From Desulfatiglandales bacterium (GTDB lineage Bacteria; Desulfobacterota; DSM-4660; Desulfatiglandales; HGW-15), in contig CAXXJJ010000004.1 of assembly GCA_963667015.2 (NCBI GenBank), forward strand, positions 3,552,001 through 3,616,000: a stretch of DNA of 64,000 nucleotides, in the 5' to 3' direction. This document shows, in pieces, positions 37,691 to 47,500 of the stretch; positions within the stretch are counted from its first letter, which is position 1; every line of letters starts with the position of its first letter. Under the pieces are notes generated by a model that saw nothing but the letters and a program-made list of their open reading frames with translations, ran no database searches and was not told the DNA's origin. Both the position numbers and the translations under genes were made by a program.

Positions 37691-38487
37691 TGAAAACATC
37701 AGGCAAAGTCACTGCTGAAAAAGTTCAGAAAATAAAGGAATCAAAAAAATTCTCCGTGCGGTCTGAAAATCTGCCCACATGGTGTCCCGGCTGCGGGTAT
37801 TTCGGCATTCACCAGGGAATCAACAATGCCATTCAGGAACTCGATATACCCCACCACATGGTCATGACTGTGTCAGGGATAGGCTGTGCAGGGAGATATC
37901 CCTTTTTCAGCAATACCTACGGGCTCCATACCGCTCATGGAAGATCCCTGCCGGTTGCAACAGGCATAAAACTTGCCAGCCCCGAATTAACCGTATTTGC
38001 AGTAGGAGGGGATGGTGACGGCCTGGGGATAGGAGGCGCCCATCTTCCACATGCATCCAGGAAGGATATCAACATTAATTATGTTTTATTTGATAACTCC
38101 ATATATGGTCTTACCAAGGGACAGCCCTCTCCCAGTACGCCACCGGGAACAAAAACAAAGGCTTCCCCCTATGGCAGCGAAGGGGCTACGCTTAACGCCA
38201 CCCTGATGGCGCTGTCATATGGCGCATCCTTCGTGGCAAGGCTCTTTGCCGGAGATCCCGAATCCATCACCGCAGCACTGAAAGAAGGCATTCGGCATGA
38301 AGGTTTTTCAATCTACCACGTCTATACCACCTGTGTAACATTCGATAAGCAGTTCAAGACATGGAACAACCTAAAGGAACAGGTGCATCCTCTTCCTGAC
38401 GATCATGATCCTGCCAACCTGAAAAGCGCCATGAATCTTGTACTTGATGATGATTTTGCCATGGGAATTGTTTATAGAAAATACTAG
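37690..38487 (+). CDS. korB: 2-oxoacid:ferredoxin oxidoreductase beta subunit
   Basis: WCPGCG, SGIGC, HGR, GGDGD TPP motif, YGLTKGQ. Confidence 0.92.
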   Translation: MKTSGKVTAEKVQKIKESKKFSVRSENLPTWCPGCGYFGIHQGINNAIQELDIPHHMVMTVSGIGCAGRYPFFSNTYGLHTAHGRSLPVATGIKLASPELTVFAVGGDGDGLGIGGAHLPHASRKDININYVLFDNSIYGLTKGQPSPSTPPGTKTKASPYGSEGATLNATLMALSYGASFVARLFAGDPESITAALKEGIRHEGFSIYHVYTTCVTFDKQFKTWNNLKEQVHPLPDDHDPANLKSAMNLVLDDDFAMGIVYRKY

Positions 38488-39740
38488 GGATACACCCCCC
38501 TCAAATTCATTGCCTTTGCAACCCTTTCCATGGCAAGAACATAGGCCGCTGTCCTCATATGAACCTTTTTGGCCTCGGCTATTTCAAGTACCTCTTTAAA
38601 GGCCTTTTTAATAATCTCTTCCAGGCGCTTCGAGACCTGGTCTTCTGTCCACAAAAGTTCCTGTACATTCTGCACCCATTCAAAATATGAAACCGTGAGT
38701 CCGCCGACATTGGCCAGTATATCCGGCACCACGAATATACCTCTGTCAAACAGGATATCATCCGCTTCCGGCTCTGTAGGGCCGTTTGCTCCTTCCACAA
38801 GGATTTTACACCTGAGTTTCGGCGCATTCTTTCCTGTTATCTGACCTGATGTGGCAGCAGGGACAAGGATATCACATTCCACCTCAAGCATTTCCTCATT
38901 GGTCAGGCGCTCACATTCCTTGATATGGGCAATTTTACATTTATACCGGTCTTCAAATGAAAGGGTATTCAGTATATCAAGCCCATTAGGGTTATATCGT
39001 CCCTCGGTTGAATTGCTGATGGCTATAACCTTTGCCCCGGCATTGTGAAAAAACTGGGCGGCAATACCTCCAACATTTCCTGACCCCTGTATAACAACCC
39101 TGAGACCGTCCATGGAGTTGCCGAGACCTGTGTGTTTTACTGCCTCAAGTGCTGATATAAACACGCTTTTTCCAGTGGCCTCATACCTTCCTACTGATCC
39201 GCCAAGCTCAAGGGGTTTTCCTGTTACAACCTCCGGAACCGTATACCCCTTAAGGATACTGTAGGTATCCATTATCCAGGCCATAACCTGTGGATTGGTA
39301 TACATATCAGGGGCAGGGATATCACTGTCACGGCCGATAAAGGGTGCTATCTCCCATGTGAATCTCCTGGTAAGCCGCTCTATTTCTGCCTCGGACATCT
39401 CCTTTGTGTTGCATTTTACTCCGCCCTTTGCACCTCCAAAGGGAATATTAACAAGGGCAGACTTCCAGGACATAAGCGTAGCCAGAGCCCTTGATTCCTC
39501 AAGGCTGAGATCAGGAGAATACCTGAGCCCCCCTTTGCCGGGTCCCAGGGTTGAGTTATGGAGCACCCTGTACCCTGTGAATATCTTGAGGTTCCCATTG
39601 TCCATTCGCACAGGGAAATGTACAAGAAGCTCTCTCTTGCAGTGTTTTAACCTTTCGTAGGTTCCTTCATCAAAGTCAGCATATTTAAAAGCCGTATCCA
39701 TCTGGTGACGTACAGAAGTAAGAATATCGTCTTTTTGCAT
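38484..39740 (-). CDS. gdhA: Glu/Leu/Phe/Val dehydrogenase (glutamate dehydrogenase)
   Basis: GPGKGGLRY, PFGGAKGG, DIPAPD, VTGKP..LGGS, QGSGNVG, EGANGP, VSYFEWVQN. Confidence 0.92.
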   Translation of the reverse strand: MQKDDILTSVRHQMDTAFKYADFDEGTYERLKHCKRELLVHFPVRMDNGNLKIFTGYRVLHNSTLGPGKGGLRYSPDLSLEESRALATLMSWKSALVNIPFGGAKGGVKCNTKEMSEAEIERLTRRFTWEIAPFIGRDSDIPAPDMYTNPQVMAWIMDTYSILKGYTVPEVVTGKPLELGGSVGRYEATGKSVFISALEAVKHTGLGNSMDGLRVVIQGSGNVGGIAAQFFHNAGAKVIAISNSTEGRYNPNGLDILNTLSFEDRYKCKIAHIKECERLTNEEMLEVECDILVPAATSGQITGKNAPKLRCKILVEGANGPTEPEADDILFDRGIFVVPDILANVGGLTVSYFEWVQNVQELLWTEDQVSKRLEEIIKKAFKEVLEIAEAKKVHMRTAAYVLAMERVAKAMNLRGVYP

Positions 39741-39809
39741 ATTACCCTCCTGAGTGGTTATTTGTCCGGTTATTCTAATACCGAAGGGGAATCCCTGTCA
39801 ATGTGCAGA

Positions 39810-39947
39810 AGGCAGGTGCAAGGCGCAGGGCACAAGGGGAAAAACATATATTTAAATTTCTTAAAATTATTGTGTAATTTCGGCCAAAGGGAGAAATCTT
39901 GTTTTTTAAGGTTTTCCCTGGGCCTTGCGCCATGAGTCTTGCACCTT
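39810..39947. repeat. Inverted heptamer tracts between gdhA and aconitase
   Basis: AGGTGCA-AGGCGCA-GGGCACA-AGG and CCTTGCG-CCATGAG-TCTTGCA-CCTT. Confidence 0.7.
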
Positions 39948-40008
39948 TTTTTCCCCCATGTTATCATCATTTCTTCAGACATGAACAATCACACCTTCCG
40001 GAGGCTAT

Positions 40009-41943
40009 ATGTCAAAAAATCTCACTCGAAAAATACTTGAAGCGCATCTCATTGAAGGGGAACTGGTTCCCGGGCAGGAAATAGCTATCAGGATTGATCA
40101 TACACTCATGCAGGACGCTACCGGTACGGTTGCCATGCTCGAGTTTGAGGCCCTCGGCCTTGATTCGGTAAAGGCGGAACTGTGCGCCCAGTATGTGGAC
40201 CACAATCTCCTTCAGGGCGATTTTAAAAATGCTGACGACCATAAATACCTCCAGACCGCCTGCGCACGGTACGGGATCAATTTCAGCCCGCCGGGAAACG
40301 GGATATCCCACCAGGTCCATATGGAAAGGTTTGGAGCCCCCGGGAAAACAATACTTGGGTCGGACAGCCATACACCCGGGGCAGCAGGTGTATCCATGAT
40401 GGGTATTGGCGCAGGGGGGATGGATGTTGCCATGGCAATGGCCGGGATGCCCTACCGCCTTCCCTGTCCCAGGGTGCTTGGAGTAAAACTCACTGGAAGT
40501 CTCCCGGACTGGGTCAGCGCAAAGGATGTAATACTTGAGATGTTAAGACGGTATGACGTAAAGGGCTGCGTAGGCAAGATAGTGGAATATTACGGCCCGG
40601 GCGTGAAATCACTTTCAGCAACTGACAGGGAAACCATAGGAAACATGGGGACAGAGCTGGGGGCCACAAGCACTGTCTTTCCGTCGGATGAAAACACCAG
40701 GTTTTATCTAAGGTCCCAGGGGAGAGAAGATGCATGGACGGAGTTATTCGCCGATGAAGGCGCAGAGTATGACGAATATGACGAGATTGATCTGTCTACC
40801 CTGGAACCTCTCATTGCATGCCCTTCCTCCCCCGGAAATGTTGTCCCTGTGAGGGAGGTTGCCGGCCTCAGGGTTGACCAGGTAATAATAGGAAGCAGCG
40901 TTAATTCGTCCTACCGGGATCTCATGGTTGTGGCTAAAACAGTGGAAGGCCGAAAAAGAAACCTTTATACCGATTTCAACATAAACCCCGGAAGCCAGCA
41001 GGTGCTTGAAAACATAGGAAACCGAGGAGGTTTGACACCTCTTATAATGGCCGGGGCAAGGATACATGAATCCGGCTGCCTGGGATGTATCGGGATGGGT
41101 CAGGCACCCGGAACAGGACAGGTGAGCCTTAGAACCTTTCCAAGGAATTTTCCCGGAAGGTCGGGAACAAAGGACGATAAAGTCTATCTCTGTTCACCGG
41201 AAACCGCGGCAGCGGCAGCATTGAGGGGAGTCATTACAGACCCCAGGGATCTTTCTCCTGAAATACCCTATCCCCGGATCGAGGATCCGGAAAAATACAA
41301 TATCGATGAAAAGAGCATTATTAAACCTTCACCGGAGCTGCGCAGCACCGAGGTCATAAGGGGCCCCAATATAAAACCGCTGCCTCACATGGAGCGTCTT
41401 CCTGACACGCTTGAGGCGGAAGTGGCAATTAAGGTTGGCGACAATATATCAACCGACGGGATCATGCCGGCCGGAAGCAAGATTCTGCCCCTCAGGTCAA
41501 ACATAGAGGCATTAAGCGAATTTGTCTTTTCCCAGATTGATCCTGACTTTCATAAGTACTGCAAAGAAAAGGGTAATGTTGCTGTAATCGGCGGAGAAAA
41601 TTACGGGCAGGGTTCAAGCAGGGAGCATGCGGCCCTTGCCCCCAGATACCTTGGAGTCCGGCTCAAGATAGCAAAGAGTTTTGCAAGAATTCACAAGGCG
41701 AATCTCTGCAATTTCGGAATACTTCCCCTCATGTTTAAAGACCCCTCCGACTATGAAAAACTGGAAAAGGGGTCAAAGATTATCCTTGAAGACATAAGAA
41801 ACCTGATTATGGGCGGCCAGACAGAGATCCAGGTCAGGTGTGACAGAACAACCTTTATGACTGTTCTTGATGTCTCTGACAGGCAGAGAAGATTTCTGCT
41901 TGCTGGCGGAACCCTTAACTATGTAAAGGAAAAGATCGGGTGA
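40009..41943 (+). CDS. Aconitate hydratase
   Basis: QDATG, VDHN, GSDSHT, GCLGCIG, NYGQGSSREHA, SFARIH. Note IIGSSVNSS where GSC is usual. Confidence 0.92.
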   Translation: MSKNLTRKILEAHLIEGELVPGQEIAIRIDHTLMQDATGTVAMLEFEALGLDSVKAELCAQYVDHNLLQGDFKNADDHKYLQTACARYGINFSPPGNGISHQVHMERFGAPGKTILGSDSHTPGAAGVSMMGIGAGGMDVAMAMAGMPYRLPCPRVLGVKLTGSLPDWVSAKDVILEMLRRYDVKGCVGKIVEYYGPGVKSLSATDRETIGNMGTELGATSTVFPSDENTRFYLRSQGREDAWTELFADEGAEYDEYDEIDLSTLEPLIACPSSPGNVVPVREVAGLRVDQVIIGSSVNSSYRDLMVVAKTVEGRKRNLYTDFNINPGSQQVLENIGNRGGLTPLIMAGARIHESGCLGCIGMGQAPGTGQVSLRTFPRNFPGRSGTKDDKVYLCSPETAAAAALRGVITDPRDLSPEIPYPRIEDPEKYNIDEKSIIKPSPELRSTEVIRGPNIKPLPHMERLPDTLEAEVAIKVGDNISTDGIMPAGSKILPLRSNIEALSEFVFSQIDPDFHKYCKEKGNVAVIGGENYGQGSSREHAALAPRYLGVRLKIAKSFARIHKANLCNFGILPLMFKDPSDYEKLEKGSKIILEDIRNLIMGGQTEIQVRCDRTTFMTVLDVSDRQRRFLLAGGTLNYVKEKIG

Positions 41944-41947
41944 TATT

Positions 41948-43333
41948 ATGACAGGCCTCAGGAAAGAACAGGACAGCATGGGTATGGTTAATGTGCCTGA
42001 AGACGCCTACTATGGTGCACAGACACAAAGGGCATTTGAAAATTTCAAAATAAGCAGTCTGAGTTTTCCCTCTGTCCTTTACAGGGCACTGGGCCTTATT
42101 AAAAAGCATGCAGCCATTACCAATCACGAACTTGGTTTAATAGACAGAAATATATCAGCCGCCATAGCAGAGGCAGCGGAGCAGGTCATAAAAGGTGAGT
42201 TTAATGATCAGTTTATTGTTGATGTATTTCAGACAGGCTCCGGCACATCAACAAACATGAATGTAAATGAGGTGATTGCAGGCAGGGCCAATGAGATAAT
42301 AACAAAAAAGAGGGGCGGCAAATCCCCTGTTCACCCGAATGATCATGTAAACATGGGCCAGTCCAGCAACGATGTGATCCCGTCAGCAATACACATTGCT
42401 GCGGCAATGGAAATCAAAAATACCCTTATCCCGGCCCTTAAGCATCTTTTCCTCTGCCTGGATGAAAAGACCCAGAAATTCAGGAATATAAAAAAAATTG
42501 CAAGAACACATCTGCAGGATGCCGTCCCCATTACCCTTGGACAGGAATTCAGCGGGTATGGCAGGCAGACAAGGCTCAATATAGAAAGGCTCGACAGTAT
42601 AAAACCAAGGCTGTGTGAACTTGCCCTCGGCGGCACTGCAGTGGGCACAGGTGTAAATACTCATCCTCAATTTGCGGCAAAGGTTATTAAAGGCATTTCC
42701 GGGGAAACAGGCATAGAGTTTAAAGAGGCGGATAATCACTTTGAGGCGCAGGCATCAAAGGACACGATTGTTGAACTGAGCGGTATTTTAAAAACCTGTG
42801 CTGTAAGCCTTACAAAGATAGCCAATGATATCAGGTGGCTTTCTTCAGGGCCAAGGTGCGGACTGGGAGAGATTAACATACCGGACCTTCAGCCGGGCTC
42901 ATCCATTATGCCGGGCAAGGTCAATCCTGTTATAGCAGAGGCAGTCCTACAGGTTGCAGCCCAGGTGATCGGAAACGATGCTGCCATAGCGATAAGCGGA
43001 CAGGCAGGCAATTTTGAGCTTAACGTAATGATGCCGGTAATGGCATATAACCTTCTGCAGTCAATAGAGCTGCTTTCATCCGCATCAAAGACATTTGCCG
43101 GTAAATGCATAAAGGGGATAACCGCCAACAAAGAGAGATGTGAGGCAAACATTGAAAAAAGCCTTTCCATGGTTACTGCGCTGGTCCCGGAAACAGGCTA
43201 CGACAAAGCCGCTGAAATCGCCAAACAGGCCTTTAAGGAAGGAAAAACCATAAGGGAAACAGTTAAGGATAATAAAATACTGTCCGCAAAAAAAACTGAT
43301 GCACTACTTGATAAAATGATTCGAGGGGAATAA
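41948..43333 (+). CDS. fumC: Class II fumarate hydratase
   Basis: QTGSGTSTNMN, HPNDHVN, RTHLQDA, GSSIMPGKVNP. Confidence 0.95.
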   Translation: MTGLRKEQDSMGMVNVPEDAYYGAQTQRAFENFKISSLSFPSVLYRALGLIKKHAAITNHELGLIDRNISAAIAEAAEQVIKGEFNDQFIVDVFQTGSGTSTNMNVNEVIAGRANEIITKKRGGKSPVHPNDHVNMGQSSNDVIPSAIHIAAAMEIKNTLIPALKHLFLCLDEKTQKFRNIKKIARTHLQDAVPITLGQEFSGYGRQTRLNIERLDSIKPRLCELALGGTAVGTGVNTHPQFAAKVIKGISGETGIEFKEADNHFEAQASKDTIVELSGILKTCAVSLTKIANDIRWLSSGPRCGLGEINIPDLQPGSSIMPGKVNPVIAEAVLQVAAQVIGNDAAIAISGQAGNFELNVMMPVMAYNLLQSIELLSSASKTFAGKCIKGITANKERCEANIEKSLSMVTALVPETGYDKAAEIAKQAFKEGKTIRETVKDNKILSAKKTDALLDKMIRGE

Positions 43334-43803
43334 TCAAGGAATCCAAACAAAACCGTCATGGCTCCGACCGGGGAATCTATTTGCTTTTCGTAGGGTTGGG
43401 ATTTATTCCCGACCTTTTTTTGTAGGAACAAACTTGAAACCTGCTCGAAACGCCGCTACCTGCAACAGTAGTAGCAAAATTTTTTTACCCTTTTCGCCCT
43501 CGTTCCTGCTGTCCCGGTTGGAACGTCGTCCTTTGAGGCTCCGCGTCGCTTGCACTGATCTCTGACCTCCGACCCCTGACTTCTGGTAATTGATCTCTGG
43601 CTTTTCTGCTCTCTCTTCTTATTGTTTTGACAATACAATCAGCTTATGCTTTAAATTTTTGAACAAGTCTTAAGTGCAAATAATCAATTATTAAAATTAC
43701 ATTACCCAAAAATGGCAATCAAGGCGGTTTTATCGGGCAAGAGGCAACAGACCCTGTTTTGATTATTATAAATCGATTTTTTATTGGTAGGGTATTTTGA
43801 TAT

Positions 43804-43895
43804 GTTTCTATATATAGACATAAAAAAGTTTCTAAATATAGAAACTTTTTGTAGAGACTTTCTATATGTAGAAACAAACGTCTATATATAGAAAC
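43804..43895. promoter_or_regulatory. Four copies of the palindrome GTTTCTATATATAGAAAC (operator-like array)
   Basis: TCTA cores at 43807, 43831, 43861 and 43881; the repeat is seen directly, the function is inferred. Confidence 0.7.
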
Positions 43896-43954
43896 TTCTA
43901 AACTGGTCGCTAGGCCGCTTAATATTATGTTATGGCTTTAAAGGAGGAAATCTT

Positions 43955-45229
43955 ATGGCTATCTGCTGTTTTCCGAACTGTGCCTATCTATCAGAAACTT
44001 CAAGAATGATTTCGGTATATAAACGTCTTAAAGCCAGTTGTGAAGACGTTGTCCTTGCTACACATGGCGGGTCATTTGAGTTTGTCCTTAAGGAAGAGGG
44101 GATACCATATAAACACCTCGAACCTTTTGTTACAAATGAGCTTTCACTTGAGTGGGCGGCAATAAGTCGGGTTGAGAAAGGGGTACTATCTGGATATTAC
44201 AGTGTTGAAGAACTGGAAAAACATGTAAATTCAGAGATGGCTTTTTTTAATGAAAACAACGTCAGGGCGGTTTTGTCCGGCTACACGCTTTCAAATGCCT
44301 TATCAACCAGAGCCCTGGGAATACCCTATGTAACCACTCACCTGGGCTCCTGGGTTCCCCCGGTATTCGAATTCAACATGAATCCATGGCCGGTTAATGG
44401 TGATAATATATTTACACGATTTATTCCGGCTTCTGTCAAAATAAAGATGACCAACTACGGAATTCTTCGCGTTAGAACACATAGGCCAATTAATATTCTG
44501 GCCAAAAAATTAAATATTCCTGAATTTAAAAACTTTCTTGATCTTACATCAGGTGATTTAACCCTTGTGACAGATTGCCCTGAAATTCTTGGCATTCCTG
44601 CCGGTACTATTGAAAACTGGGTTCCTAAAAACCCGAAGCTATTTAATCATGAATTAAAGATGAAATACGTTGGGCCTATTTTTGCTGAACTTTTTGGCGA
44701 AATACCTGACAGGGTAAAGTCATTCTATAATACCCAGCTTCCCAAAATATACGTAGCTCTGGCAACAAGCAGACCTGATTATATGGAAGCTGTCTTATCC
44801 ATATTAAAAGATATGGAGGTAAAAGTAATAATATGTACAGCAGTTCATAACCTTAAAAATGGATCCCATCCAAATATTTTAATTGAAAAACATCTACCAT
44901 CGCATAAAGTTATGCCTTTGGCTGATCTTGCTATAATTCATGGTGGACAGGGCAGCGTTCAAACTGCAATATCTGCCAGTACCCCAGTACTGGGCTTTCC
45001 ATTACATCCGGAACAGGATTTTAACCTCCGTCTTGTTGAAAAAAATGGTGGAGGAATTTGTGTATCCCTTAAAAATCTAAAAAAGAAAAAATTCCGTGAA
45101 CATATCGAGAGAATTATTTCTGACTAATCATTTAAATCGAATATGAAAAAACTTAAAGACATTCAGGACCGCTATGACGGACCGGGAAATACGGCTGCTG
45201 CACTTCAAGGCTTAGTAAAGGAGCCATAA
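43955..45229 (+). pseudogene. GT-B family 1 glycosyltransferase cassette with premature stop at 45125
   Basis: IIHGGQGSVQTA..P...EQ motif. Frame continues 33 codons past the TAA to a stop inside the attC core. Confidence 0.8.
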
Positions 45230-45290
45230 CCATGGCTTCCACCGGAAAGCCTGATAAGATGTCGGCTTCCCGTGAAGCCAAACGTTATAT
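45224..45290 (+). other. attC site
   Basis: CCATAAC...TGGCTTC(C)AC / GTGAAGCCA...GTTATAT with one extrahelical base; 67 bp. Confidence 0.88.
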
Positions 45291-45300
45291 AGGGGCGTAA

Positions 45301-45801
45301 ATGAAAATAACCTTTTCTTTCTTGATTGCTATCCTTTTAATTTGGCATGTACCAGAATGCCTCGGAGATTCTCCATATATAACTATGATTATAAAAGGCA
45401 ATATTCAAGAGGTAAACTATCATGACAGAAAGTATAGCTGCATACCAGTAGAAAATGTTAATATTGTTGTATTTGTTGATGAAGATGAATCAACAATTTC
45501 AAAAAATAAAGATGTATCACTATTTTATTTAACTGACAAAAAAGGCGATTTTAAAACTATTCGCTATAATATATCCTGCGATTGTTCTAGTAGCGGAATA
45601 TCTAACGATTTACAGGATAAATGCATCCCAGATAGAATAGAAATTATTGCGAGTCGCAAGAATGGCAGTGGCGTCCTTACTAAAAGATTAATATACAATA
45701 CTGCTGACCTTAAAATAACTCAGGACAAAGATGGAGTATTAATATTTGAATTACTAGTAGACTTGACACTAAATGATTTTGGGCAACATTGTGGCAATTA
45801 A
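45301..45801 (+). CDS. Hypothetical secreted protein (cassette)
   Basis: Signal-peptide-like N-terminus; bounded by attC sites. Confidence 0.7.
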   Translation: MKITFSFLIAILLIWHVPECLGDSPYITMIIKGNIQEVNYHDRKYSCIPVENVNIVVFVDEDESTISKNKDVSLFYLTDKKGDFKTIRYNISCDCSSSGISNDLQDKCIPDRIEIIASRKNGSGVLTKRLIYNTADLKITQDKDGVLIFELLVDLTLNDFGQHCGN

Positions 45802-45811
45802 AAAAAACCTT

Positions 45812-45870
45812 ATATAACATCAGTTTCAACAAGGACAGGCTGCGCCCGCCTGTTAAACTGGGCGTTAATT
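45812..45870 (+). other. attC site (59 bp)
   Basis: ATATAAC..CAGTTT(C)AACA / TGTTAAACTG..GTTAATT. Confidence 0.9.
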
Positions 45871-45901
45871 GTAAGCTATCAACCATCAATTATAAATTAA
45901 A

Positions 45902-46690
45902 ATGAATATTCGAAAATACGGCTCAAATCCATATAAATGCGTTGTAGTTCACGGAGGCCCAGGCGCACCGGGAAGTGTGTCATCACTTGCTCGACAATTA
46001 TCAAAATTTAGTAGTGTTCTTGAACCATTTCAAACAGAAAATACCGTTTTAAGACAAGTAAAAGAACTTCATAATCAAATTATAGAAAATACACAGAACC
46101 AGGTATTTGTATTTGGTCATTCTTGGGGTGCTTGGATTGTATATATACTGGCATATAAAAAACCTGAAATTATAAAGAAAGCCTTTCTAATTGGATCTGG
46201 TGTATTTGACATTTCGTATCTTCCTGAACTTGAACGAAGAAGATTAAATGCACTGAATGAAGATGAGCAATTTGAATACAAGCGTCTTGTTTCATTATTA
46301 CTTCAGAAGAATGAGAATAATGATAAAAACCTTCAGCGGTTAGGCGAACTCACGGAAAAAGCAGATAGCTATCATGTTGAGGAGATTGATGAAAATGTTG
46401 AGCAACTAATAAAAATAGATGGAAAACAATTTCAGAATGTCTGGAATGAAGCATCAAAAATGAGAGAGAGTGGTTATTTTATAGAGATAGCTGAAAAAAT
46501 TAATTGTCCTATACGTATAATACATGGTGATAAAGACACTACTCCTATAGAGGGCGTTATCGATCCGATAAAAGACCATATTAAAGATATTAAATGGTAT
46601 GAAATAGAAAAATGTGGCCACTACCCCTGGAAAGAGAAATATGGTAAAGACAGATTTTTCGAAATTATAAAAGAAGAGTCGGGCCTATAG
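45902..46690 (+). CDS. Alpha/beta hydrolase (cassette)
   Basis: VHGGPG, GHSWG nucleophile elbow, IHGDKD, CGHYPW. Confidence 0.9.
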   Translation: MNIRKYGSNPYKCVVVHGGPGAPGSVSSLARQLSKFSSVLEPFQTENTVLRQVKELHNQIIENTQNQVFVFGHSWGAWIVYILAYKKPEIIKKAFLIGSGVFDISYLPELERRRLNALNEDEQFEYKRLVSLLLQKNENNDKNLQRLGELTEKADSYHVEEIDENVEQLIKIDGKQFQNVWNEASKMRESGYFIEIAEKINCPIRIIHGDKDTTPIEGVIDPIKDHIKDIKWYEIEKCGHYPWKEKYGKDRFFEIIKEESGL

Positions 46691-46695
46691 AAAAC

Positions 46696-46766
46696 ACTTA
46701 ACCTGGCGTTCTACCGGAATTGTGTTCCGCCTTGCTCCACACAATCCGGTAAACCAATCGTTGGCA
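46696..46766 (+). other. attC site
   Basis: ACTTAAC..GTT(C)TACCGGA-ATTGTG / CACAATCCGGTAAAC..GTTGGCA. Confidence 0.88.
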
Positions 46767-46777
46767 GGAAACAAAAA

Positions 46778-46954
46778 ATGAATAAATCATGGTTTTCAGA
46801 AAGGTGTGTATTTCGACATAATAAAAGAGATGGTATGACAAAGAATAATCTTTATGAAGAAAGGATTACTCTATGGCAGGCGAATTCTTTTGATGAAGCA
46901 ATTATGCCGAAAAGGAACCTGTCTTTTACGAAAACTGGGGGACGTATTAAATGA
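46778..46954 (+). pseudogene. Truncated cassette gene (DUF4288-like)
   Basis: MNKSWFSERCVFRH...YEERITLWQANSFDEAI then unrelated sequence; no matching end core. Confidence 0.55.
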
Positions 46955-47018
46955 AAATCATTATTAAAAAATTGCACGTGGACTAAACTGTTACATGTCC
47001 AATAAAATTAATATTCAT

Positions 47019-47498
47019 ATGAAATTGATAACAGAACGTTTAGAATTGAAATTGCAAACACCAGCAGAAATGCTAAAGTGGATTGAATCACTTCCTCAAG
47101 AAGTGCGAAGTGAAATATCTGAGGTCTGGCTTTCACGATTGAGACAAGCTAATCGAGCAGATCCATGGTCATGTCTGTTTAATCTTCTTTCAAAATCTTC
47201 TGGTGAATTAATTGGCCAATGTGGATTTAAAGGCCCTCCAGACGAATTTAAGACAGTGGAAATCACCTACGGTATAGAGCCACAGTATCGTAGTTACGGT
47301 TATGCTACGGAATCAGTATGTGCGCTCAAAGTCTTTTTAAAGTCGTATCCACAAGTGAATACATTACGAGCCCACTGTAACAGAGAAAATATAGCCTCTG
47401 AAAGAGTGCTTTTTAAAGCAGGTTTGCGATTAATTGGCGAAATTGAAGACCCAGAAGATGGACTGGTAAATCGATGGGAAATTAATTTTAAAGAATAA
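47019..47498 (+). CDS. GNAT (RimJ/RimL-type) acetyltransferase (cassette)
   Basis: LITERLEL, IGQCGFKG, YRSYGYATE, NIASERVLFKAG. Confidence 0.9.
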   Translation: MKLITERLELKLQTPAEMLKWIESLPQEVRSEISEVWLSRLRQANRADPWSCLFNLLSKSSGELIGQCGFKGPPDEFKTVEITYGIEPQYRSYGYATESVCALKVFLKSYPQVNTLRAHCNRENIASERVLFKAGLRLIGEIEDPEDGLVNRWEINFKE

Positions 47499-47500
47499 AT

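Noticed and set aside
39705..40084. Short ORFs between gdhA and aconitase
   Set aside because: Built from heptamer repeats in a divergent promoter region.
43804..43895. Possible mini-CRISPR array
   Set aside because: Gaps between repeats are only about 2-12 bp and no cas genes are present.
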